A DNA stretch of 63,426 nucleotides, counting the filler. It is 8 parts of 8 records of this genome, joined end to end, with 100 filler letters (N's around TTAATTAATTAA, not from the genome) between each part and the next. Parts side by side here need not be neighbours in the genome. Positions count along the whole stretch, not along the records: positions 7,056 to 13,297 come from SRR31156797_36985; positions 13,398 to 18,970 come from SRR31156797_37029; positions 19,071 to 24,798 come from SRR31156797_37038; 5 more parts are not named here. One strand, 5' to 3'. Positions 10,321 through 20,546 of the stretch are shown in pieces. The translations under genes and the position numbers were made by a program. Under the pieces are notes generated by a model. It was not told where the DNA came from, searched no databases, and saw only the letters and a program-made list of their open reading frames with translations. Numbering within the stretch: position 1 is the first letter of the stretch; each line of letters begins with the position of its first letter.

Positions 10321-10635
10321 TCATGTCGATTGAATGAACGCCGTCAGCTCTCGTGCATTCATTATTCCGGTTTTGCGCCTGATGACCTTCCCGTCGCTTA
10401 CCAAAAGCAGCGTGGGCGCCCGGCTGATTTCCAACCCGGCCATTGCAGCCGGGTTGGCTTCACTGTCAATCTGCATCACGACCAGGTCCGGGCGTTTCTC
10501 TGAAACCTTTCCAATCACTGTTTTCAAAGCTTTACAATGCGGACAAATTTTCTTGTAGAAAAGAACAATGCCGCTGTTTTCCTGCATCCGGGCCTGGTAA
10601 TCCCCGTCAGTCAATTCTATTGCCGTCATCTCCAT
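10321..10635 (-). CDS. Thioredoxin-family protein
   Basis: CPHC active site, cis-Pro motif APTL, terminal G. Confidence 0.85.
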   Translation of the reverse strand: MEMTAIELTDGDYQARMQENSGIVLFYKKICPHCKALKTVIGKVSEKRPDLVVMQIDSEANPAAMAGLEISRAPTLLLVSDGKVIRRKTGIMNARELTAFIQST

Positions 10636-10649
10636 TTGGTTCATCCCTT

Positions 10650-12161
10650 TCAACCCCAGCCGTCAGCCCGCAGACCGGCCATGTAATCCATCAGGGTCCG
10701 CAGCATCTCATCAGCTTCCTCGGTTTTCGTATCAATCATGTTGTTTAGCTGAAATGGATCCGCATATCGATCATACAGTTCATCCCTGTGAGGCGTCTCC
10801 GCGGCTGTTCCCGGCGCGCAAGTCCAAATTTCCTCATCCTCTTCCATGTTGGACAACCCGACCGTGGCCCCCATCTTCATCTGGTCAGCCTCTTCTTTAG
10901 AGTCCAGCCAGTGGATGAAAGACCAGTCCTTTGAAACGATGCTCCATGAAAAATTAAAGTACCCGGTGATAATAAAATCCCGAATCGAGTCTACTTCGCC
11001 CCGCATCAGCGGCAAAAGGCTTTTGCCCTGCATGGGCATGAAATCAGGATTCGGGTTAAGCTGCGCAATGATATTGTTCACGGATGCGGTCCGCTCATTG
11101 ACAAAATCCATTATTGTGGCAGCCACATCAACGGTTTCAACAAAAGACGAAATCCGCCCCTTCATGCCGTCAGGATGCTTGATGATAAGGGGAATGTGAG
11201 ACAATTCTTCATAAGGCCAGGGGCGGCATTTCCGGATGATGCCATGCCCGTGCTCGCCGTCTCCAAAGGGTTCGCCATGATCGGAGAGAAAAATTATCAA
11301 CGAGTTGTCATACAGATCCAACTCCTTTAAACGGTCAATAAACTTCCCCAGCCATTTATCCACCATGGTGATTTTTTCCGCATACAGCATGCGGATGTGG
11401 CGGGCTTCCTCCTCGTTCACATACCCTTCTACCGTTGTCGCAACCGGGTTGATAAGCTCGATGCCGCTGTAATCCGGATCATAGGGACACTTCAGGTCCG
11501 GGTCATAAATCGAAGGAGGGTCCCAGGGTTCATGAGGGTCAAAGCTGTCCAGCCAGAGGAAAAACGGGGCGCCCTTATCCACCTTGTCCAGGTAATCAAT
11601 GCCGGCCTTGACGGTCATGGCCGCCATCTGGTCCTCGTCGGTCTTCCAGGTTTGGCGCAATGGCAGGTAATCCTCCAGTTCCTTCTGGGCCAGCAGGCTG
11701 GGCATGATTTCAGCCTTCTGACCGTTGGCCGCTTCCTGAAATACCGGCCGGTGAAACCGGTCCATGTCAAAGTCGTACGGCAGCGGTTGATAATAGGAAT
11801 CCCACTGGTGCCCGCGGATAAAGTCCACATAATTGAAACCCCGGGCGTAACCGTAACCCGGCATATGCATCATGGGACAGTCCGTAACCATGGCTGTCTG
11901 AATCCTGTTGGTCCACATCAGGTCTGTCAGCGTTGTGTCCCGGGACGTGAGTTTGCGCCATCCCGAGTAAGGCAATGTGTAACGCCCCGTGAACAAGGCC
12001 CTGCGCGTCGGAATGGTCGGGCACCCCTCGGCATAGGCGTTCTCGAACAAAACGCCGTCCTCGGCCAGTTTGTCTATATTGGGGGTTTGAATCCATTCAT
12101 TGCCGTAACAACCCAGGTAGTCGAAACGCCAGCTGTCAGCCATTATTACAATTGTGTTCAT
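10650..12161 (-). CDS. Sulfatase-like alkaline phosphatase superfamily hydrolase (Thr at nucleophile position)
   Basis: IMADSWR, TPNIDKLA, CPTIPTRRALFTG, DPHEPW, SDHG, ELYD..DP.QLNN. Confidence 0.85.
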   Translation of the reverse strand: MNTIVIMADSWRFDYLGCYGNEWIQTPNIDKLAEDGVLFENAYAEGCPTIPTRRALFTGRYTLPYSGWRKLTSRDTTLTDLMWTNRIQTAMVTDCPMMHMPGYGYARGFNYVDFIRGHQWDSYYQPLPYDFDMDRFHRPVFQEAANGQKAEIMPSLLAQKELEDYLPLRQTWKTDEDQMAAMTVKAGIDYLDKVDKGAPFFLWLDSFDPHEPWDPPSIYDPDLKCPYDPDYSGIELINPVATTVEGYVNEEEARHIRMLYAEKITMVDKWLGKFIDRLKELDLYDNSLIIFLSDHGEPFGDGEHGHGIIRKCRPWPYEELSHIPLIIKHPDGMKGRISSFVETVDVAATIMDFVNERTASVNNIIAQLNPNPDFMPMQGKSLLPLMRGEVDSIRDFIITGYFNFSWSIVSKDWSFIHWLDSKEEADQMKMGATVGLSNMEEDEEIWTCAPGTAAETPHRDELYDRYADPFQLNNMIDTKTEEADEMLRTLMDYMAGLRADGWG

Positions 12162-12327
12162 TGATGCTCCTCCATGGTTTGTTCTTCTTTAGCTCCGGCC
12201 GAATCCGACCCAAACAGATTTAAGTTCGTCTTTTCTTCCGGGCCGGCCTCATCCTCCCGGTCCATTGGTTGGATATTTTAAGCCGTTAAATGCAAGGTGA
12301 TGCTTTTCTTTTCCTTCTTTGCTATAG

Positions 12328-12344
12328 TGCAAAAGAAATGCCAA
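12328..12344 (-). promoter_or_regulatory. sigma54 -24/-12 promoter for sulfatase-like operon
   Basis: Minus strand reads TTGGCATTTCTTTTGCA (GG-N10-GC), divergent from the activator gene. Confidence 0.8.
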
Positions 12345-12482
12345 TTTGATTTAATCTTAATTTACAATATGTTAACTAATCACAACAAAATATTCCTCAA
12401 TATTTGACAATTAATTCCGCCAAATGTTACAGTTTATCGGATTTCTGCAATATTTGATAATTACCGGAGGCCCGAGGCTATA

Positions 12483-13297
12483 ATGCAAGTTTCTGAAGAG
12501 GAATTCTTCCGGCAGGCGACCCTGCACACCTGCTGCAGCCTGGAAACTGAAAAGGCTCTGTTTCACTCATTCGACTACCTGAGGCGTTTCATTCCCGCGG
12601 ACCAGATGACTTTGAACTATTTCGACGAGGAAACAGACGAAACCGTGATGTGCGCCTCGGCCACGCCCGCAGGCGGCGTCGCCTGCGATATCCGTTTCAG
12701 ACTCACGCCAGATGAACGAGCATTCTTTCTCAACCCGGAATTGACCCCCGACTCACTCCTCCTGAACAACACGGCCGGCCTGCCAATAGTGGACCGGTAT
12801 GTGGAAGCCTTTGGCAAGCCGGATTCATCCATTCTGTTTCTTCGGCTTCGAATAGAAGGAATACTCCAGGGAAGCCTGATTCTGAGAGCTGACGGCATAA
12901 ACCGTTTTACCGATGAGCACCTGCATCTGTTCGAACTGCTCAAGGATCCATGGACCATCGTCATGATCAATAACAGGCAGTACCAGGAACTGGTTCGCCT
13001 GAAGGAGCTTCTGGCCGATGATAACCGGTACCTGCACAAGGAATTGCAGAGACTGGCCGGAGATGAAATCGTCGGATCGGCAAAGGGATTGAAAAATGTC
13101 GTCACCCTGGCGCGGCAGGTTGCGCCGCTTAACAGCCCTGTTTTGCTGCTGGGCGAAACCGGAGTCGGCAAGGAAGTCATCGCCTCAAGCATTCATGCAT
13201 CTTCAAACCGCAGTGAAGGTCCGTTTATCAAGGTAAACTGCGGCGCCATTCCGGACACGCTTATTGACAGCGAACTGTTCGGCCATGAAAAAGGAGC
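12483..13297 (+). CDS. sigma54-dependent transcriptional activator (GAF + AAA+), 3'-truncated
   Basis: Walker A GETGVGKE, VNCGAIP, SELFGHEKG(A) ending just before GAFTGA. Confidence 0.93.
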
Positions 13298-13397
13298 NNN
13301 NNNNNNNNNNNNNNNNNNNNNNNNNNNNNNNNNNNNNNNNNTTAATTAATTAANNNNNNNNNNNNNNNNNNNNNNNNNNNNNNNNNNNNNNNNNNNN
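13298..13397. other. Artificial contig spacer
   Basis: 44 N + TTAATTAATTAA + 44 N. Confidence 0.99.
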
Positions 13398-15837
13398 ATA
13401 AAACAATGTTGGGCTTATCCAGCTCTAAACCTCCGTTAATGTTGAGCAAAGCATAAGCATCTTGCGATAATCTTTCGGTATTGGCATCTTCGAAGAAAAT
13501 TAGCGACTTGTAGGAATAAGAAGGAGTTACAAAAAGTTTGATGGTAGGAGTGATGTTCACCCGGGCATTTATCCCAACAGTAAAACTGTGTTCTGGCGCC
13601 AGACTAAAGGAATTGCCTGCATATTCCTGTTCGGTTCCATCCACATCAGTAGAATCGAACTCCGTTACCAGCCATGCATAATTGGCAAAAAAGTCGAGTT
13701 GCTCAATAATGGCAACGTTAACGTTGGCTTCTGCCCCATAAGCTGTGGCTTTTCCTCCATCCTTAAACTTTAGGTTAAACTCTCCTGATTCGCTGTCTGC
13801 TACCCATGCGCGGGTCTGAAAGTTTTTGTACAACTGGTAAAAACCCGTAACATCAACCGATATTCGATCCAGCCAAACACCTTTAAAACCCAATTCAAAA
13901 TTGTCGAGGATTTCTGCATCTATTACCTCTTTTTCGCCGGTTGAGGTAAACTGCAGTACATTTGGGCGTCTTCCGCGCGCATAATTGGCAAAAAGATTAC
14001 CATATTCGTTAAAACGATATTTTAAACCGCCCTGCCAGGTAAATGAAATTGTATTCTTTTTAATTTCCTGCGAAGGACTTTCTGCAAAAAGCAGGTTGGG
14101 GTAATTTCCTGTAAGTATTCCTAAAACAGAGGATTCTCCTCCTGAAAAAGTTGCTTCGTTGCTAAGTTTATAACGATCGTAAACGGCCCTGAAACCTCCG
14201 GACACAAATATTTTTTTTGATAACTGATAACTTATATCAATAAAACCTTCAAGAGCCATGTTATTGGCCTGATTAAAGTTTTCCTCCTGGTGGTTTTCGG
14301 GTAAAGTTGTTCCTCCCAGTTCTCCAAAATCAGCTAAAGGCGGGATGGCCGAAAGCGTATTTGGATTACCACTTTCATCAACTAAAGGAGAAATGGGGAT
14401 GAATAAATTAGCCAGGTGTTGCTCATTGGTTGAAAACCAATAATTCTGATCGGCTTTTTCACGCCAAAAGCTTCCACCAAGCGATCCATTTAAACGACTG
14501 TTTTGCGAGAAGTTTCCACGTAATTCCTGGTAAAACTGCGAAGCATTGGCATTTTCGGCCATGTCGATAGCCTCCGAAGCTGTTCCATCTCCATCCCAGC
14601 GCGATGATGCCTCTGATTTTCGGTACGAAGTAATGGAGGTCCAGTAATTGTGTTCGTTAATGTAGAAACGGTAATTTAAGGTAGCATCAAAAATCTTTTT
14701 AACAGAACCAAGGTTATCGCCTTGTTCATGTGAGGCAACACCACTAAAAATACCGGTTGTTCCATTGGTATTGGGCAGGCTGTCGGGCATAAACGCAATT
14801 CCCGTGTCGTCGTCATTCTGATAGTTTAGAACCAGGTCGATACGATGATTCCATTGTGGTTTAAAACGAACAGAAAAACGGCCGGCTGTAGTTTTATTGC
14901 CCATTAAATAAACACCGGCAGTATTTTTTATATAGCCGTCGGAATTGTTATAAATACCGGCAGCACGAATGGCAAGTTTATTTTCGATAAGCGGAACATT
15001 TACCATTCCCCGTAATTCCTTTTGTCCATAATTACCTGTTCCGGCGGTAATGCTGCTATGTAGGCTGTAGGTTGGCATTTTACTCACAAAATGAACAGCA
15101 CCAGCCTGTGCCCCTCGTCCAAAGAGGGTGTTTTGTGGACCGCGTAAAACCTCAACACGTTGCATGTCGAAGAGTTCGGGTGATGACGAATGTTCGCGGT
15201 TAATGGGAACATTATTAAAAAACACCGAGACACGAGGTTGTGATGCCGGGCTAATCTCATCGCTGCTTAAGCCACGAATTGAAAAAGTTGGACGATTGGC
15301 TCCCTGCTCTCGTATTAGCAGGCCCGGAACATATTCTGCCAAATGACTTAAATCTGTAATATTTGATTGGATCATTCTTTTATCGCTAACAGATGTAATG
15401 GCAGTTGGAACATCCAAAATTTGTTGTTCCCGTTTTTTTGAACTGACCATAATTGGCTCAAGATGAACATTGTCAAAAAGTAACATTACACTTTTTTCGT
15501 TTCGTCCTTCCTGTAAAATAATATCTACCGTTTTTGTTTTGTACCCCACAAACGACACTCGTATTCTGGCTCTACCGGTATTTAGGTTGGTAATAAAAAA
15601 TTCCCCTTCTTCGTTGGTGTTTACCACTTTGTTTGCTCCGTCAACACTTACTGTAGCTCCGGAGAGTACATTGTAGTCTTCATCGTAAACCGATCCGCGT
15701 ACAAAAACGTTCGGAAGTACCTGTGACACTGCCTCTGTATTGCGGTATTTGCGTTTTACCTTGTCGCGTTTTTTGGCTTGACCAAAAGCCGTAGAAAAAA
15801 TAAGAAACAGGAATAAAATGCTAATTGCTGTTCTCAT
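13398..15837 (-). CDS. TonB-dependent receptor with N-terminal CarboxypepD_reg-like domain, 3'-truncated
   Basis: Signal peptide, VSFVGYKT, plug motifs SIRG and RVEVLRGPQNTLFG..A.AG, barrel strands. Confidence 0.92.
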
Positions 15838-15948
15838 GATACATGTTTTCTGAATTTGTTTTGTGAAATAACGAAAAGCTACAAAAAATAATATATGAAA
15901 CTTGAATTGTTTAACGTTTTTCGATGAATATAGGTTTAAATTCCCTGA

Positions 15949-16425
15949 TTAATGTTTTACTGCGAAAATTGGAAGGTGGAGCCAAATTGCCAACTCATCC
16001 ATTCGTTTTTGAGCTTCTTCTCTGGTTTTACATTTTTGAATTGTAAGTGCCGGACGCTTTTTTCTGTTCACAAAATAAATACGGTATTCATGTTTATCCA
16101 GTGCAATGCTTCTGTTCGATCGGCTATATATTCGCGATACAGTTCCCATGGGTACAAGTGTAAGCCCAATAAATTTACTTGTTGATTGCCACTTACCTGT
16201 TTTAAAAACGCCAAACCATAGATTCGTTTGCCTGAAAAGTCCGGTGTCGGTGTTTATTTCCATTCCCGAATAAGAACCTAACAAGAACCAGCCAATAAGT
16301 GCAAAAATAAAAGCAATTATCCATTGTTGGTGAAGGGCAAAACTTATGGCTCCAAAAATAAAAGCAACTCCAAAGAAAATGATGGGAGGAGTAGCCGTTC
16401 TGGATATTTTATTATGGATGAGCAT
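15949..16425 (-). CDS. Hypothetical membrane protein (two N-terminal TM helices)
   Basis: 158-aa ORF, hydrophobic hairpin, co-oriented with neighbours. Confidence 0.65.
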   Translation of the reverse strand: MLIHNKISRTATPPIIFFGVAFIFGAISFALHQQWIIAFIFALIGWFLLGSYSGMEINTDTGLFRQTNLWFGVFKTGKWQSTSKFIGLTLVPMGTVSRIYSRSNRSIALDKHEYRIYFVNRKKRPALTIQKCKTREEAQKRMDELAIWLHLPIFAVKH

Positions 16426-16474
16426 TGTTTCAAAGATAAAAAATCAGTACAAAACAGTGCTGCCTCCTTTGCAC

Positions 16475-17110
16475 TTATTCCAGTTTTAGACCTCTTTTCT
16501 GAATGTAATAATGCCATAAAATGTAGGTAGCTGCTGATTGGTTGGGAGAGAGTTTTTTCATGTATTCAATAATTTCGTCTTTGGTTGATTCGGGAGGAAC
16601 CAGTTGCAGTTCATACGCTGCTTTTATAGTTGCTAAATCACCCGGAGGAAAGATGTCTGAGAAATGAAGGCTCATAAGAACATACATGTCGATGGTCCAG
16701 TTTCCAATTCCCTTTAATCCGATCAGTGTTTTACGGATCTCAGGTTCATTTAGCTGGTTAAGTTCTGTTAGTTTAAGGTGCCCTTCGATAATTTCTTTTG
16801 CAAGAATTCTGGAATAATTAGTTTTTTGACGGCTAAAAGTACAGGCTCGTAATTCTTCATCGGTAAGTTTTAACAGGTTATCGGGAGTAACATGTTTTAT
16901 TTTGTTAACGAGTTTGTTGTAAGTTGCTTTTGCCGATGCCAACGAAACCTGTTGTTCAAGAATGGTAAGAATCAGTGTTGCAAAATTGGGCTCTCGATGC
17001 CAGAATGGGGGATAGTCGTATTCCTGAATTACAACTTCCAGTTTTGGTTCTTTGGAGGTACACCAATCACAAAGTTTTTTAAAATGCGCCTCACTCATTA
17101 TCTTTTCCAT
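16475..17110 (-). CDS. DNA-3-methyladenine glycosylase II (HhH-GPD, AlkA-like)
   Basis: ILEQQVSLASA, HhH LKGIGNWT, PPGD. Confidence 0.88.
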   Translation of the reverse strand: MEKIMSEAHFKKLCDWCTSKEPKLEVVIQEYDYPPFWHREPNFATLILTILEQQVSLASAKATYNKLVNKIKHVTPDNLLKLTDEELRACTFSRQKTNYSRILAKEIIEGHLKLTELNQLNEPEIRKTLIGLKGIGNWTIDMYVLMSLHFSDIFPPGDLATIKAAYELQLVPPESTKDEIIEYMKKLSPNQSAATYILWHYYIQKRGLKLE

Positions 17111-17182
17111 ATTCTAAAAATAGAAAATTTTAATTCTTGTTGAACAGTATTTTTAGGCTGTTGCATGCACGGAGTTAATTGC

Positions 17183-17213
17183 AAAAAGAAGAGGGACGCT
17201 AAGCATCCCTCTT
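17183..17213 (-). terminator. Intrinsic terminator after PHP gene
   Basis: Minus strand AAGAGGGATGC-TTA-GCGTCCCTCTT followed by CTTTTT. Confidence 0.75.
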
Positions 17214-17326
17214 GAAGGCAATACCGAATTAAATAAATAAAAATCTTTACTCTAAAGATTGTTTTCTGCCTTCTGGCTAAAAAACGCGTAATACTGGTTT
17301 TTAGTATAAAGGTTTGTTTTTTGAGT

Positions 17327-18409
17327 TTACAGATCAAGCGAAACTTTCAGGTTTTCAGTTCCTTTTACATACAAATTTTTTACTGCGAATTGGTTTGTTG
17401 CATCTTTTGCAATGGTTATCATTGTTTCTCCATTGGCTGGTATAGTAAAGCTCATTTCTTTTGAAACCAATAAAAAAGGAACATCACTTGTGTTTTTTAC
17501 GGTATAGGTTTTTCCTTTTTTATTTTCATTGTAATAAGTTATTTTAACAGCCGCATTAAAAAAAGCATCGAGGTATTCTGCTTTACCGGCTAAATTATGC
17601 CCAAACCAGGCTATGGTTCTGTTGGCAAAAAGTGCTTCACGTAAGGCGGCTTTGGTACGCTTGCTTACTAATACCAATGTCATTGGGCGATGGTATTTCT
17701 CCAGGTTATAGAATTCTGAGTTAATCCCGTGAATGTCGGATGCCGCGTGCGGAGCAATGTCTTTATCCATGCACCAGTCGAGGGCGATGGGGTACCACTC
17801 TTTTTCGTTAAATACTTCAATGGCGTGCAACATCCCATTTTCGTGAAGTTTTGTATGCTCGTCCCACCATTTGCAGGTATCAGGCTGTTGGGCTTTCCAT
17901 CCCGGATGATTCCAGATAAAATAAGCATCTTGCTTTTTCGCAGCCTCAAAAGCATCTTCCCAATTTTCAGTATCAAGTGCTTGTGTGTCTTCCAAAAACA
18001 AGGCATTAAAGTGCCCTGGAGGCATACTGCGGGTTATTTCGCCTGCCTTTACCAAAATAATATTCTTTTGCTTAGCACGGCCCAGTGCAATCTTGTACGA
18101 TGAATTATCATCGCCACCAACATCTTTTTTACTTGGATTGCGTTCAATGTGATCGGTAATGGCTATTGCATCCAATCCTTCGTTGTAAGCCTCATCAATA
18201 CGAACTGTTGGCCACACAATTCCGTCGGAAAAAACAGTATGCATATGGAAATCGCATTTTAATGTTTGATAGCCCAGAATATCTGGAACATTGATGTTTT
18301 TTCTTGCTTTATTGTTAAGCAATTCAGGCATTTGAATGTTGTTAACGTCTTGTGCCATAGTGTTTAATCCAATTAGTATGGCAATAAATGTGAATAATTT
18401 TGTTTTCAT
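17327..18409 (-). CDS. Secreted PHP-domain phosphoesterase (Sb-PDE-like)
   Basis: Signal peptide. DFHMHTVFSDG, AITDH, GHFNA, WNHPGW, SDIH. Confidence 0.85.
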   Translation of the reverse strand: MKTKLFTFIAILIGLNTMAQDVNNIQMPELLNNKARKNINVPDILGYQTLKCDFHMHTVFSDGIVWPTVRIDEAYNEGLDAIAITDHIERNPSKKDVGGDDNSSYKIALGRAKQKNIILVKAGEITRSMPPGHFNALFLEDTQALDTENWEDAFEAAKKQDAYFIWNHPGWKAQQPDTCKWWDEHTKLHENGMLHAIEVFNEKEWYPIALDWCMDKDIAPHAASDIHGINSEFYNLEKYHRPMTLVLVSKRTKAALREALFANRTIAWFGHNLAGKAEYLDAFFNAAVKITYYNENKKGKTYTVKNTSDVPFLLVSKEMSFTIPANGETMITIAKDATNQFAVKNLYVKGTENLKVSLDL

Positions 18410-18438
18410 TTTAGTTGTTAAAATTTTGTTTTGTTTAT

Positions 18439-18970
18439 CTATTTTTTTGTTTTCAGGTATGCTTTTACTTTTCCCGGATTATCGGTGTTGATGTAATCTG
18501 CTTTGATGGAATACATAAAATCATATATCTTCTTACTGTCACCCGTATTCCAAAAACGGACTGCTTTGTTTTTTGCATGGCAGTCGGAGATGAAGCGTAA
18601 AAGTTCCTGTTTTTCTTTTTCCGGGATGTTGCCTTCTCCGCGCCACCTTGTAAACCTCGAAAGGTTTTGGCTAATTATGGCCACCTTTTCTCCTGCAGGC
18701 CCAATGGCATCTTCCGGTTCTCTTCCATCAAACCATATAAAGTCGGAATAATTAGTGTAGTTGCTTTTCTGAGGTCGGTTTCCGGAAATAACAATCTGAA
18801 TGCCACCTGCAAAGAAAAATTCAGGGTATTTCTTTAGTGTCTTCTCAAGAGTATTAAGAGTTGGTTCGGCTTCTGATTTTATATCGATCATTAAATGAAA
18901 GTTGTTAACCTCTTTTGTTTCTTCTAAATATTTTATTAGCGGCTGAAGGTATAATTTGTAAAGCGTGTTT
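18439..18970 (-). CDS. PI-PLC/GDPD-superfamily phosphodiesterase-like protein (Aim6-like), 5'-truncated
   Basis: Frame open to the gap (TLYKLYLQPL...LMIDIK). ISGNRP, FDGR, VRFW, DYINTD. Confidence 0.7.
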
Positions 18971-19070
18971 NNNNNNNNNNNNNNNNNNNNNNNNNNNNNN
19001 NNNNNNNNNNNNNNTTAATTAATTAANNNNNNNNNNNNNNNNNNNNNNNNNNNNNNNNNNNNNNNNNNNN
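18971..19070. other. Artificial contig spacer
   Basis: 44 N + TTAATTAATTAA + 44 N. Confidence 0.99.
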
Positions 19071-19532
19071 GGGAAGATAATCGTAAAGTTGTTTCCATTT
19101 TTTACAAAGAATTTCGGCAGCTCTACCAGAAGATACAATTGGCACCAGTTTGGTTTTCGAATCTTTTGTAAGAAACTCCGGTAAATTCATAGGAAGTCCG
19201 GCCCCCGAAAAAATAATATCTACTTTTTCAGAAACAGCAGTTTTTACCATATCCGAGAAATTTGTTAGCGCCACCATGATATTCACACCAATTACGCCGT
19301 TAGTTTTTTCCCTGGTGGCCTGAATCTCTCTTTTTAAAGCCCTTATATTAGCATCAATAAAATCTTTGGCGTAATCTTTCTCAAACATCCCGATTCCAAC
19401 TGCAGCAATAACACCTACCCCGCCTTCATTGGCTACGGCAGCTGCTAATTTCGACATGGAAATTCCAATGCCCATTCCACCCTGAATAATCGGAAGTTTA
19501 AGTTCTAAATCTCCAATTCTTAAAACTTTCAT
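19071..19532 (-). CDS. Nitronate monooxygenase/FabK-like flavin oxidoreductase, 3'-truncated
   Basis: PIIQGGMGIGIS, LAAAVANEGG.G, GVNIMVA, SGAGLP, VPIVSS. Confidence 0.88.
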
Positions 19533-19847
19533 TCTTTAACTTTTAAATCTACAATTTCACAAAGATACGCTTAAAACAATACGAAAAACACGAAACTGTA
19601 ATTTAGAGCGCGTTTATCTTGGTTTTATAATATGCGATTAAACATTGAAAAATGAAATCATTAATAAATTGAAAAACTGGATCTGTTTTCTCCTGTATTC
19701 AATGTTTTTATTTTGGAAAGTAACTTGACAGAAATAAAAAGGAACTACATATATTTTAATCATTAACCGACAAATAAATTCATTACAATTGGTGTGGTAA
19801 CTGAAGAATTCGTTATTTTTGAACAAAAAAATTTAAACAAATTTAAA

Positions 19848-20402
19848 ATGGAAAATACGAAACTACAGGATATAATAGATTCCAAAATATTAAATGAAAG
19901 AAAGATTTTTTTATGGGGACAAGTTGATGATAAATCGGCAAAACAAGTTATTGAACGGTTAATGTATCTCGAACTACTTGACCCCGGGAAAGAGATTCAA
20001 CTTATTATAAATAGTCCGGGAGGATACGTTACTTCAGGATTTGCAATTTACGATACTATAAAAAGTATTTCGAGCCCGGTATCAACAATTTGTTCCGGTC
20101 TGGCTGCATCTATGGGATCAATTTTGCTTTCGGCAGGAGAAAAAGGAAAACGATTGGTTTTACCCAATGCAAAGGTTATGATTCACCAGCCAAGCGGAGG
20201 TGCTGGTGGTACCGCAGCCGACATAGAAATTCAGATGAACGAAATCATCAAAACTAAAAATTTGGGCGCTAAAATTCTGGCCGAAAACTGCGGGCAACCC
20301 ATTGACCGGATTCTAAAAGACTTTAACCGCGACTATTGGATGTCGGCTGAAGAGTCGATAGAATATGGTATTGTTGACGGGATTATTGAAACGCTGGTTT
20401 AA
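19848..20402 (+). CDS. clpP: ATP-dependent Clp protease proteolytic subunit
   Basis: INSPGG, GLAASMGS (catalytic Ser), MIHQP (His), RDYWM (Asp). Confidence 0.95.
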   Translation: MENTKLQDIIDSKILNERKIFLWGQVDDKSAKQVIERLMYLELLDPGKEIQLIINSPGGYVTSGFAIYDTIKSISSPVSTICSGLAASMGSILLSAGEKGKRLVLPNAKVMIHQPSGGAGGTAADIEIQMNEIIKTKNLGAKILAENCGQPIDRILKDFNRDYWMSAEESIEYGIVDGIIETLV

Positions 20403-20432
20403 AAACAATCCTGTTAAAATATTTTGAAAACT

Positions 20433-20480
20433 TTAAAATCCCTGGAAATTCAAATCATTTAAAATTTCCGGGGATTTTAA
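20433..20480 (+). terminator. Stem-loop after clpP
   Basis: TTAAAATCCC-T-GGAAATT ... AATTTCC-G-GGGATTTTAA inverted repeat. Confidence 0.55.
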
Positions 20481-20546
20481 TAAAATATAAAACCATTATT
20501 ATTATTATTTAAAAAGAACAGATTTTACTAAATTGTAAGTAAAAAA

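Noticed and set aside
10650-10653. TGA stop of the sulfatase-like gene as possible selenocysteine readthrough into thioredoxin
   Set aside because: The genes are in different frames, the thioredoxin has an ordinary CxxC, and no SECIS-like hairpin is evident.
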